Source: a virus. From it: a stretch of DNA of 52,993 bases. Shown piece by piece: positions 46,335 through 52,993 of this stretch. Position numbers and translations under genes: made by a program. The stretch lies in UHGV virus genome UHGV-1368966; one strand, 5' to 3'. Position 1 is the stretch's first letter, and each line of letters starts with the position of its first letter. The notes below the pieces were generated by a model. That model ran no database searches. It worked only from the letters and a program-made list of their open reading frames with translations, and was not told where the DNA came from.

Positions 46335-46826
46335 TCAAAACCCCAGAACCGGATCTGCGGCCCTTCCCGGCATACTTCCCCGGACGCTATGCAGCCCGTC
46401 GAAGCACAGCCTCTTCCCTTGATACGGATCGGGCATACAGAATTGTCCGTACCAAGATGCAGGAGTGAAATTTCCCTTGTTCCGGTCCGCATCATACCGC
46501 TTCTTGTACTCTGCCCTGCATGACAGCCTTTCACATACCAACTGGTGGGGACTTCGCGGAGTAAATTCTCTCTCACATATGGCACAACACCTTGTTTCCC
46601 CAACCTCTTTTGCCTTCTCTCTGAATCGACGCACCCGCTCGGCTCCATCCAGACTCTTCTTTGCTTTTAGGCAGCTTTCCGAGCAACAGATCTGGTTGTG
46701 TCCTGCCGGAATAAACATCGTGTGACAGATAACGCACTCTCGCTCTTCATAGACGTGATCAATCTTGCAGACATGATCCGCCTTTTTCCCTTTGAACCAC
46801 CGACCGCAAAGCTGGCATTTTTGCAT
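46335..46826 (-). CDS. Multi-zinc-ribbon protein.
   Basis: GAGG precedes ATG 46826. Three CxxC...CxxC clusters. Confidence 0.4.
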   Translation of the reverse strand: MQKCQLCGRWFKGKKADHVCKIDHVYEERECVICHTMFIPAGHNQICCSESCLKAKKSLDGAERVRRFREKAKEVGETRCCAICEREFTPRSPHQLVCERLSCRAEYKKRYDADRNKGNFTPASWYGQFCMPDPYQGKRLCFDGLHSVRGSMPGRAADPVLGF

Positions 46827-46828
46827 GG

Positions 46829-47365
46829 TTACTGCCTCGCTTGTTTGACAGGAACCCAACCTTGCCCTTGTCTGAAAATGTGACCAGCTTTGGGCTCATC
46901 CTCGAACGCGCGGACAACCGTTTGCCGAAGGTCTTGGGTAGCGAAATCAAGGGCGGCAAGCACCTTTTCCTGACCACACTTACCCGCAAGGTATTCGTCG
47001 ATAGCCTTATGCAGCTCGACCACGGAAGGGACATCTTGGAGCATTTCCGTTTCGACCGTGGGCATATCGGGATGAATCGCGCTCATGCTCACAGCAACCA
47101 TTCCAAAATGCGCATTCAAGACATTCAGCGCATCCAGGTTCCCGACAAGTTCCTGTACCCGGATCAGATCTGAAACCTTGGGTTGAGGCTCTTTCAACTC
47201 GCCATTGGGCCGTTGCTTCATGTTCGGGCTAAGATCGTTGTAGATGGTGGATTCAGCCCGCCCGTCTTCCTGAGAAAGGATTCTGGCGATGGCCTGAATG
47301 CCGCCCGGATACTGGCAGCATTGCCTGTGCATGATGCGCGCGATGCGTTGGGAAACTTCGCTCAT
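46829..47365 (-). CDS. CII-like regulatory protein (CP76-like).
   Basis: ESTIYNDLSPNMKQRPNGELKE resembles the CP76 ...NKLNPeqph... region. Position is downstream of the Cro-like gene. Confidence 0.45.
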   Translation of the reverse strand: MSEVSQRIARIMHRQCCQYPGGIQAIARILSQEDGRAESTIYNDLSPNMKQRPNGELKEPQPKVSDLIRVQELVGNLDALNVLNAHFGMVAVSMSAIHPDMPTVETEMLQDVPSVVELHKAIDEYLAGKCGQEKVLAALDFATQDLRQTVVRAFEDEPKAGHIFRQGQGWVPVKQARQ

Positions 47366-47612
47366 ATTATTTTTCCTTCTAATGCTTAGAATCCGTATTC
47401 TGGCCTCATGGAAACCGTTCACCTGCTCATCACACGGCGTCGTGCCGTCTGGCGTGTCCGCATCCTCTTTCGTGGCTCCATTTTCTGGAAAAGCTACCGA
47501 GTAGCGGAGTACCCAGAACCGGAAGAGGTGGTACAGAGATGCGCGGCGCGGTTAGTCGGTAGGGGCAAAGACGACGAGCATAACAAGGGCCACAATAATT
47601 CCTATCAAAATG

Positions 47613-47852
47613 CTACTCATTGCAGGATGCCTTTTTGCATTCGTTGGGAGTTTCAGCCGTTGATATGGGAGTAGGTTTCAACTCGTAACCTAATGCAAAA
47701 AATAGATTTATTGCATTTTCAAAGAGTATTCCGCTCTGTTTGTTCAGATACGTATAGACTCTTGATCGTGATACGCCTGAAAGCATCGCCAACTCTTCTT
47801 TTGACAGCCCCAGCCGTTTGAGTTCTTCGGATATAAAAATATCGTGTTTCAT
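47613..47852 (-). CDS. XRE-family HTH regulator (Cro-like).
   Basis: LSKEELAMLSGVSRSRVYTYLNKQ is a helix-turn-helix. First gene of the minus-strand operon. Confidence 0.6.
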   Translation of the reverse strand: MKHDIFISEELKRLGLSKEELAMLSGVSRSRVYTYLNKQSGILFENAINLFFALGYELKPTPISTAETPNECKKASCNE

Positions 47853-47902
47853 GGATTTATTATCTCGAAATCAAGATAGTAAGTCAAGAATAATCCTGCT
47901 TG

Positions 47903-47927
47903 CAAAATTCCCGTCCGCGGGATTTTG
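47903..47927. promoter_or_regulatory. Inverted repeat / hairpin in the divergent immunity-region intergenic.
   Basis: caaaattcccg-tcc-gcgggattttg: a 10-bp stem with one bulge, in the centre of the 113-bp divergent region. Confidence 0.3.
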
Positions 47928-47965
47928 TGGCATAAGAAATAAAAAATCAGGAAAATGGTGACGCT

Positions 47966-48400
47966 ATGGCTGGAGTTAAAAATGAAGAAAAAGTTAAAGA
48001 AAATTTAAAAAAAATAAAATCAAATACATACAAAAACATAATTGATTATATCAATGGCGTTATTGAGAATAGGTATGGTTCAGTAGATAGCGCACTCCAA
48101 AGCTTGAAGATAGAAGAAAGATCTCCCTTTTATAATATGATTAATTTTGTTGCCTTCCCTAATACGAACAGTTTTATTTCTTGGATAGAAAAATTTGGTA
48201 TTTATATTCTAATACCGGGTGAAGATACAAGATTACCAAAATCAACGGATAATGAATCATTAGAATACATTAAAAATCTTGAAAAAGAGAACCAAAACCT
48301 CCGCAATAAAAATGCTATGTTGGTTGGTCAACTAATGGAGCAAAGACAGACAAATGAAAAATTATTAGATAAGATATTAAGAACGAATAAAGATAGTTGA
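47966..48400 (+). CDS. AT-rich cargo protein of unknown function.
   Basis: 144 aa with a coiled-coil C-terminus. Strongly AT-rich. Followed by terminator 48424..48455. Confidence 0.45.
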   Translation: MAGVKNEEKVKENLKKIKSNTYKNIIDYINGVIENRYGSVDSALQSLKIEERSPFYNMINFVAFPNTNSFISWIEKFGIYILIPGEDTRLPKSTDNESLEYIKNLEKENQNLRNKNAMLVGQLMEQRQTNEKLLDKILRTNKDS

Positions 48401-48423
48401 TAACATCATAATTAATATACATA

Positions 48424-48455
48424 AAAGCCCTTTTTTGAGGGCTTTTATTTTTTGT
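48424..48455 (+). terminator. Intrinsic terminator.
   Basis: aaagccc-ttttttga-gggcttt followed by attttttg. Confidence 0.6.
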
Positions 48456-48558
48456 GCATAAAAAAACAAGAATATTATAACAATTAGATGTAAAAATCTA
48501 ATTTAAACTTTTTTGTTCTAATATGTATAATAAAATACAATAAACAGGAGCTAATCCG

Positions 48559-48882
48559 ATGGAAGATATGCAGAATAGTATTACATCTATGAAACACTAT
48601 ATGCAGGAAAAAAGAAACGACTTGTACGAAAGGATAGAGTCTTTCAGTTCTCAAACAACAGAAAAATTTATCTCTATTTATTGTGAATTGTTGTGCATTT
48701 TAAGTCAATGCGAAGGATTGCCACTTTCCGGGACTCCTGAAAGAAACTATGTCGAGGCCCATCTTTTTGAGCTTTTAAGGAAAAAATCTTTTTCATTACA
48801 TTCAGATCCACCCACTGAACTTGAAGACCCCGTAGACTACGTTTATCGGATGCACGCACTATACGGAAGCAATGTTCATTAG
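48559..48882 (+). CDS. AT-rich cargo protein of unknown function.
   Basis: RBS caggag precedes the start. 107 aa. Own AT-rich promoter region containing TATAAT. Followed by terminator 48893..48920. Confidence 0.45.
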   Translation: MEDMQNSITSMKHYMQEKRNDLYERIESFSSQTTEKFISIYCELLCILSQCEGLPLSGTPERNYVEAHLFELLRKKSFSLHSDPPTELEDPVDYVYRMHALYGSNVH

Positions 48883-48892
48883 TTTGATGATA

Positions 48893-48920
48893 ATCTCCCT
48901 TTGCAGGGAGATTTTTTTTG
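48893..48920 (+). terminator. Intrinsic terminator.
   Basis: atctccct-ttgc-agggagat followed by T8. Confidence 0.65.
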
Positions 48921-48950
48921 CCTACATGATTTTGTTTTCAAAATTTTCTA

Positions 48951-48979
48951 TTGACATATTATCCCGAAAACGAGATACT
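48951..48979 (+). promoter_or_regulatory. Sigma70-like promoter upstream of the tRNA cluster.
   Basis: TTGACA, a 17-nt spacer, then GATACT. Confidence 0.4.
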
Positions 48980-49181
48980 GTTTTCACGACGAACGGGGAA
49001 GGTAAACACGCCCGGCACACTAGCCGGAAAGTAGCCAGAATGCCCCGTGAGAAGGAAGCCAGTTTGGGCGGCATGAAGGCCGTAGCAATACGGTGGGCGG
49101 AGCAAGAGGCCGCCCGGAAAGCTCGAAAGAGGCCCGTGAGACTGGTGAGGTTCAGGAACAGCAACAGGACGTAGACCAATA

Positions 49182-49257
49182 GGGAATGTAGCTCAATAGG
49201 CAGAGCGTCAGACTCATAATCTGCGGGTTTTGGGTTCAAATCCCGACATTCCCACCA
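49182..49257 (+). tRNA. tRNA with CAT anticodon (elongator Met or lysidine Ile2).
   Basis: Canonical 76-nt cloverleaf. Acceptor GGGAATG/CATTCCC. D-loop contains GG. Anticodon loop ctCATaa. T-loop ttcaaat. Encoded CCA. G1:C72 argues against an initiator. Confidence 0.85.
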
Positions 49258-49259
49258 AA

Positions 49260-49347
49260 GGACGGGTTGCCGAGAGGATGAAGGCAGCGGTCTTGAAAAC
49301 CGCCGATGTGAAAGCATCCGTGGGTTCGAATCCCACCCCGTCCGCCA
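49260..49347 (+). tRNA. tRNA-Ser (TGA).
   Basis: Acceptor GGACGGG/CCCGTCC. Anticodon loop ctTGAaa. Long variable arm cgatgtgaaagcatccg. T-arm gtggg-ttcgaat-cccac. Encoded CCA. Confidence 0.85.
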
Positions 49348-49525
49348 GATTGAAAAGTGAAGAGTCGTTGTTTCGAGGGATGGATTCGCAGAGGTGCCCG
49401 TGTCCAGATAGTGGTGCACGCGCATAAAAATTCCTCGCGTAGAGAGAGCCGAATATCTGCGGTGCGTTTGCCAGATTCGGCATGGCAAGCAAAGGCGGCT
49501 CCATCCGCTCGAAACAGCGACACAC
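49348..49525 (+). ncRNA. Structured 178-nt spacer between tRNA-Ser and tRNA-Gln. Function unknown.
   Basis: 49365..49383 pairs with 49501..49520 in a 19-bp helix (one bulge, one G-U) that encloses several local hairpins. Co-transcribed with the tRNAs. Confidence 0.35.
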
Positions 49526-49600
49526 AGCCGGGTAGCCAAGCGGTTACGGTAACAGGCTTTGACCCTGTGATCGGCGGTTCGAATCCGCCCCCGGCTGCCA
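49526..49600 (+). tRNA. tRNA-Gln (TTG).
   Basis: Acceptor AGCCGGG/CCCGGCT. D-arm gccaagcggttacggt. Anticodon loop ctTTGac. T-arm ggcgg-ttcgaat-ccgcc. Encoded CCA. Confidence 0.8.
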
Positions 49601-49849
49601 TGTTCAAATATCGCCGTTCCCTGTGATGCGGGGATAACCATTAGCCCTCAAGATGGTGAGATGTCAGCCAACTTCATTTCCCTGCATCAACACGGAACGG
49701 CGTTCCGATTCAGAAGGCAAAGGACAAGGTGCCCTTCGGGGGTATGGTGCGAGAAAAGGCGTCATGTGGAATGGCGTACTCCGAAAGGACGCAAGGTAGC
49801 TGTTGACCGACCATAGCAGCGTAACAATATACAATATAATGGAAATACA

Positions 49850-50071
49850 ATGGATAACCAGATCGAAGATGAAGAAATCAAACTGCTCTCGCGCCAGATT
49901 GCCTTGGCAGCCTGTCGTCTTGGACTTAGCGCAGAAGTGATCTTGAAGCCTCTTGTAAGGCGTGAAATCGACATGAACGCACAGCTTGCCGCAGTTTCAG
50001 CCATGATGCTCGGTAATGTGAACAAATCCGGTGAAAAGAACCCTTCCGAAGAGTGCGCTGAATCAGAATAG
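49850..50071 (+). CDS. Small hypothetical protein.
   Basis: GGAAA precedes ATG 49850. 73 aa. A putative promoter TTGACC...TATAAT region lies upstream. Confidence 0.35.
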   Translation: MDNQIEDEEIKLLSRQIALAACRLGLSAEVILKPLVRREIDMNAQLAAVSAMMLGNVNKSGEKNPSEECAESE

Positions 50072-50077
50072 TACAAT

Positions 50078-50310
50078 AGTTTTCCTATCCGACCGCCAGC
50101 GCAAGACGTTGGCGGTAAGGGTGTGAAAACATCCGGTGGTAGATTTCGACACTAGCCGCTGGTCTAGGACGTGGTGATTCCCGGTGTATTGAACTAGGCA
50201 TCGGTCATAGCCGCGTTGGAAAAGGTAACCAGTGAAGCCCCGGTGCCTCTCCTCCGGGCAGTAACCGCATGTGGGCGGGTGGTTCGATGCCGCCCGCCCA
50301 TGAAGTTTTC
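50078..50310. repeat. Direct repeats AGTTTTCC(C)TATCCG(A)CC flanking a GC-rich structured segment.
   Basis: Copies at 50078..50097 and 50294..50310. The interior contains the long hairpin tgggcggg-tggttcgatgcc-gcccgccca with a T-loop-like GGTTCGAT. Confidence 0.35.
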
Positions 50311-50451
50311 CCTATCCGCCATACCACCGATGACACTACCACCGGACTGGGCGGGTTATGGGGGCTGATTGTCAAAGAACGATTATTAAAATGAGCTTAT
50401 TTAGAAGATAAAACAGTGTATCATATTGAAAAAGTTGATATTCTTAAAACT

Positions 50452-50489
50452 CATAAAATCCCATAAATCGCTTATAAATTGCCCATAAA
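50452..50489. repeat. Four helically phased YATAAA repeats in an AT-rich region.
   Basis: CATAAA at 50452 and 50462, TATAAA at 50473, CATAAA at 50484, with spacings of 10, 11 and 11 bp. Confidence 0.4.
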
Positions 50490-50550
50490 GTTCGTGGACA
50501 GGCTACGCACAGAGTAAAATGTCCTATTTCAGCGTTGTTTTTCATACTTC

Positions 50551-50605
50551 ACGGAATCTCAAAAAGAATTGAAAACGTCTTTTGAGATTCCGTTCCCCTT
50601 TTTTC
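50551..50605 (+). terminator. Long hairpin plus T-run (terminator-like).
   Basis: acggaatctcaaaaag...cttttgagattccgt forms a 16-bp stem, then tcccc and T6. Confidence 0.35.
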
Positions 50606-51089
50606 ATCTTTCCCACCCTCCCCATTCCGGCAAGAGGGCGGGAACCGCCCTGACCCTAGTTCTCGGTAGGCGAAGAGTTCAGGATATACCTAGAGCAAAA
50701 AGACAGAAAACCAAAGACAAAAGGCAGTTAAGCTTTACCTGATTCGGATGGTGAGTCTTGAGCGAAAGGCGCAAAACTCCCCTTGTCGGGGATTGCCCCA
50801 ACCGGGTTTGCGCCTTGCGTGATTCGGACGGAGCCGTCTCTCGCATTCAGGCACCCACAACGTGCAAACCGTGTGAGCTGGGAAGCGTTAATGCCGTTTG
50901 CGGCACCCTGCCAAGGTCTTCTTCCCTCAAACTCTACCCGCCGACGCATTGGCTTCTGGTTCGCCGGACTTTGGAAGGATGCCGCCAGCGGGTTTACCTC
51001 CCCCGGCAACCATGCCCCTTGAGCGGTGGCCTACTCCCTCCTGTTCGCTTCTTCGCGGGGCGGTTGGTGTGCCCTGTTGACTTCTTTTT

Positions 51090-51104
51090 AGGTAAAGTTT
51101 ACCT
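51090..51104. promoter_or_regulatory. 15-bp palindromic operator AGGTAAAgTTTACCT upstream of the XRE gene.
   Basis: Perfect 7-1-7 palindrome overlapping a TTGACT (51077..51082) -35-like element. Confidence 0.55.
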
Positions 51105-51153
51105 CTTTGTCAATGCAAAAAAATACGCCAAGAGCAAAAGGAGAGTTTTTGCT

Positions 51154-51516
51154 ATGACTGAGGGAAAAGGAGAAATGCAGGTGCTAAACGAAACCGGGAT
51201 GGTCGCATTTGAAGAATCCATCCGAAAAGCACTTGAGGAACGCCGCACAGTCATAGGCATGACCGAACAAGCCCTTGGCTCGCTTGCATTCCCTCACGTT
51301 GCTGATTCTCGGAGAAAGGTTCAATCAATTAGGAAGGGGCAAGGCTCTGGCGAAAACAGGAAACCCCAGCAGTTGAGAATGACCGATGTGATGAATCTTT
51401 GCGCGGCACTGGGATTGCCGTGGGCGGACGTCATCAAGCAGGCTCTGGCTGAGGCTGACCGGGCACAAAAAGAAGAGCAAGAGAAAATCAAAGCCCTCTT
51501 AGCAACGCAAAAATAA
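51154..51516 (+). CDS. XRE-family HTH transcriptional regulator (repressor candidate).
   Basis: AAAGGAGAG precedes ATG 51154. RKALEERRTVIGMTEQALGSLAF is a helix-turn-helix. Flanked by the two identical operators. No S24 peptidase domain. Confidence 0.6.
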   Translation: MTEGKGEMQVLNETGMVAFEESIRKALEERRTVIGMTEQALGSLAFPHVADSRRKVQSIRKGQGSGENRKPQQLRMTDVMNLCAALGLPWADVIKQALAEADRAQKEEQEKIKALLATQK

Positions 51517-51546
51517 TGTAACAGCCTGACAAAACATCACTCATTT

Positions 51547-51574
51547 GAGCCGCCGTAACTGGCGGCTTTTTTGT
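51547..51574 (+). terminator. Intrinsic terminator.
   Basis: agccgcc-gtaact-ggcggct followed by T6. Confidence 0.65.
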
Positions 51575-51608
51575 TGCTAAGTTTTAGGAGAAAATTTTGC
51601 TTTTTCTC

Positions 51609-51637
51609 TTGACGTAAAGGTAAAATTTACCTATTCT
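51609..51637 (+). promoter_or_regulatory. Sigma70-like early promoter with an embedded operator AGGTAAAaTTTACCT (51618..51632).
   Basis: TTGACG, a 17-nt spacer, then TATTCT. The palindrome is identical, apart from its centre base, to the one at 51090..51104. Confidence 0.55.
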
Positions 51638-51683
51638 GTTTTCAACGAGACGGGGAACGAACCCCGCCAAAAGGAGAACAGCC

Positions 51684-51896
51684 ATGAACGCCACGAACGC
51701 CTACCTCGTAATCAGCCAGAACCCCGACAACGGGATGGATTGCATCGATGAGTTCGACAGCTTCACAGAGGCTTGCGAGTTCGCGGAAGAGTTCGGCGGG
51801 GAAGTGGTTAACGCCAGCGACTACCAGCGCAAGGGATTGCTCGACGGCTGGTTCAGCGGATGGCTCTCCGAAGCGGAAGAGAACTACGCGGGATAA
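51684..51896 (+). CDS. Hypothetical acidic protein.
   Basis: AAAGGAGAAC precedes ATG 51684. 70 aa. Confidence 0.45.
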   Translation: MNATNAYLVISQNPDNGMDCIDEFDSFTEACEFAEEFGGEVVNASDYQRKGLLDGWFSGWLSEAEENYAG

Positions 51897-52066
51897 CGAA
51901 TTTCGCGGGAAGCCCCGCACAGTTCTTTGACAATCAGCGCGAAGACGGCCCGAAGCTGGACACCAGCGGCAAGCCCGAGCATCGGCCGGAAAAGGCAAGG
52001 CCGATTAGAGAAAGACAAGTGAATTGAATAACCTAGATTCACAAAACCCCGGCCGGAATCCGGGGG

Positions 52067-52381
52067 TTGAATGAGACTGGGAACGCAAATATGGAGGGAA
52101 ATATGGAATGTATCGGACATCACGAGGCTATGGCGGAACTTGTCAGGGCGCACGACGAACAGCGCCCCTATGCCCCGGAGAACGGGCGGCCCCTCGCCTT
52201 CTCCGTGGGCGACAGAGTGACGTTCGTCAATGACTATGGCGTTGCATTCCCGCATCATACCGTGACGCGGATCATGCAAAGACATGAAAATGAATGGCTC
52301 TACTGCTCAGGGCGCAGGTACTACATAGACAGCGACTGCCCTTGGATGCCTGTAGAAGAAGCCAATTTACGCCCCGCCTAG
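52067..52381 (+). CDS. Hypothetical protein. Start uncertain: 52067, 52091 or 52103.
   Basis: GGAGGG precedes ATG 52103, and GGGGG precedes ATG 52067. Confidence 0.4.
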   Translation: MNETGNANMEGNMECIGHHEAMAELVRAHDEQRPYAPENGRPLAFSVGDRVTFVNDYGVAFPHHTVTRIMQRHENEWLYCSGRRYYIDSDCPWMPVEEANLRPA

Positions 52382-52459
52382 ACCCGCACTTGCCCCGGAT
52401 TCCGGGGCAGGAAACGGGATTGGGACGCCGATCCAGACTTCAACGCAGGAGAGAAGGAT

Positions 52460-52630
52460 ATGAGCATATCTCATGCAGACGACTTTACTCGTAGTCATCC
52501 CGTGCTCGTTGGGGAACGCAAGGGAACGACGCTCCGGGAACGTCTTGAACGCATTCGTGACAAGGCAAGAAAGGCCAGCGTGCGCGAGGCAGCAGAGCAA
52601 TGGCTGAGAAAGACGGAGGTGGTGGCATGA
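52460..52630 (+). CDS. Small basic protein (56 aa).
   Basis: AGGAGAGAAGG precedes ATG 52460. ATGA-coupled to the next gene. Confidence 0.35.
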   Translation: MSISHADDFTRSHPVLVGERKGTTLRERLERIRDKARKASVREAAEQWLRKTEVVA

Positions 52631-52785
52631 TTTCCAACGTCTACATGAAGCACGCCAAGGTATCTTTGGAACGGCCTAAAAAGGTTGACCGGGCTAGAGT
52701 TGCTGCGGTCATCATCTTTATGTCGGTCATGCTTGGGATCTGCATTCTTCCACAGATCTTGTACGGGATGGAGGCCATGCGATGA
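52627..52785 (+). CDS. Small single-TM protein (52 aa).
   Basis: ATGA overlaps with both neighbours. Hydrophobic AAVIIFMSVMLGICILPQIL. Confidence 0.3.
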   Translation: MISNVYMKHAKVSLERPKKVDRARVAAVIIFMSVMLGICILPQILYGMEAMR

Positions 52786-52883
52786 AACCAGAAACCGATA
52801 TGTACGACGCGGAACGCGAAAGCGTAGACCGCACGATTCCCGATGAACCCGAATACTACGGCCCCGACAAGGGGCCTTTTTAA
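52782..52883 (+). CDS. 33-aa acidic peptide.
   Basis: ATGA coupling. Stop TAA at 52881. Confidence 0.25.
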   Translation: MKPETDMYDAERESVDRTIPDEPEYYGPDKGPF

Positions 52884-52903
52884 TAACATATTAAGGTGGA
52901 ATT

Positions 52904-52993
52904 ATGCGCGAACTCACGAAAGAAGAAATAGAAGTTTTACAGCGTCATGCAAAATGGCTTAAAAATGAAGAAGGCGGTGAAAAGGCCGACCTG
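52904..52993 (+). CDS. 5' part of the pentapeptide-repeat protein gene. Runs off the window end in frame with position 1.
   Basis: ATG 52904. MRELTKEEIEVLQRHAKWLKNEEGGEKADL is exactly 30 codons to the last base. Joining to nt 1 continues ...ADL|WDANLQDADL... in frame. Confidence 0.55.
   Translation, partial: MRELTKEEIEVLQRHAKWLKNEEGGEKADL

Noticed and set aside
49182-49257. Interpreting the CAT tRNA as an initiator tRNA-fMet.
   Set aside because: It has a paired G1:C72 and lacks the three consecutive G:C pairs in the anticodon stem. It is more likely elongator Met or tRNA-Ile2.
50758-51516. A 252-codon open frame (TTG start) running in frame into the XRE gene.
   Set aside because: The upstream 130 codons read through the palindromic operator, the -35-like element and the clear AAAGGAGAG RBS before ATG 51154. 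Long chance ORFs are expected in GC-rich DNA. The 120-aa product starting at 51154 is a complete HTH protein.
1-52993. A search for CRISPR arrays, DGR (RT plus TR/VR) and retron-like elements.
   Set aside because: No regularly spaced short direct repeats with unique spacers were seen. No ORF carried reverse-transcriptase YxDD motifs. No template or variable repeat pair was seen near the tail-fiber 3' end.

Overview
The window reads as a complete, probably circular, about 53-kb temperate siphovirus genome with a lambda-like layout; no database search was possible, so every product call is a family-level guess from motifs. The two window ends join in frame inside one pentapeptide-repeat gene, which is the basis for calling it circular. 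The backbone is GC-rich and carries several strongly AT-rich cargo islands.

Plus-strand early arm (52904..52993 joined to 1..7985): a pentapeptide-repeat protein, a Sak4-like AAA_24 ATPase, a DUF669-like protein, an HU protein, many small hypotheticals including an Ead/Ea22-like and a Lar-like anti-restriction protein, then excisionase and an AT-rich tyrosine integrase. A candidate attP follows at 7986..8200, with four arm-type repeats and a bidirectional terminator.

Minus-strand long operon (47852 down to 8470), in transcription order: a Cro-like HTH, a CII-like protein, a multi-zinc-ribbon protein, a replisome organiser, DnaB, Mor, RusA, an Ogr/Delta-like zinc finger, a lysis cassette (M15 endolysin, holin, overlapped spanin-like genes), TerS, TerL, portal, a Mu-F-like head protein, scaffold, capsid, connectors, a putative major tail protein, tape measure, gpM/L/K-like proteins, an I-J-type host-specificity protein, tail fiber and Tfa.

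Interspersed plus-strand morons: two Bro-N paralogs, Rha, a KilAC antirepressor on the minus strand, and an HNH endonuclease.

Region 47.9-52.9 kb: two AT-rich cargo genes, a three-tRNA cluster (Met-CAT, Ser-TGA, Gln-TTG) containing a 178-nt structured spacer, a GC-rich repeat-flanked structured element, an AT-rich phased-repeat region, and an XRE regulator whose 15-bp palindromic operator recurs in the next promoter.

The items most worth follow-up are:
- a 27-aa hydrophobic peptide gene with a near-consensus promoter and Shine-Dalgarno at 35075..35224;
- an ORF-free promoter-to-terminator unit at 35304..35551;
- the structured tRNA spacer;
- an AT-rich two-gene island (19482..20670) pairing a 3-TM protein with a second Mu-F-like protein;
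- the AT-rich gene pair in the immunity region (47966..48882).
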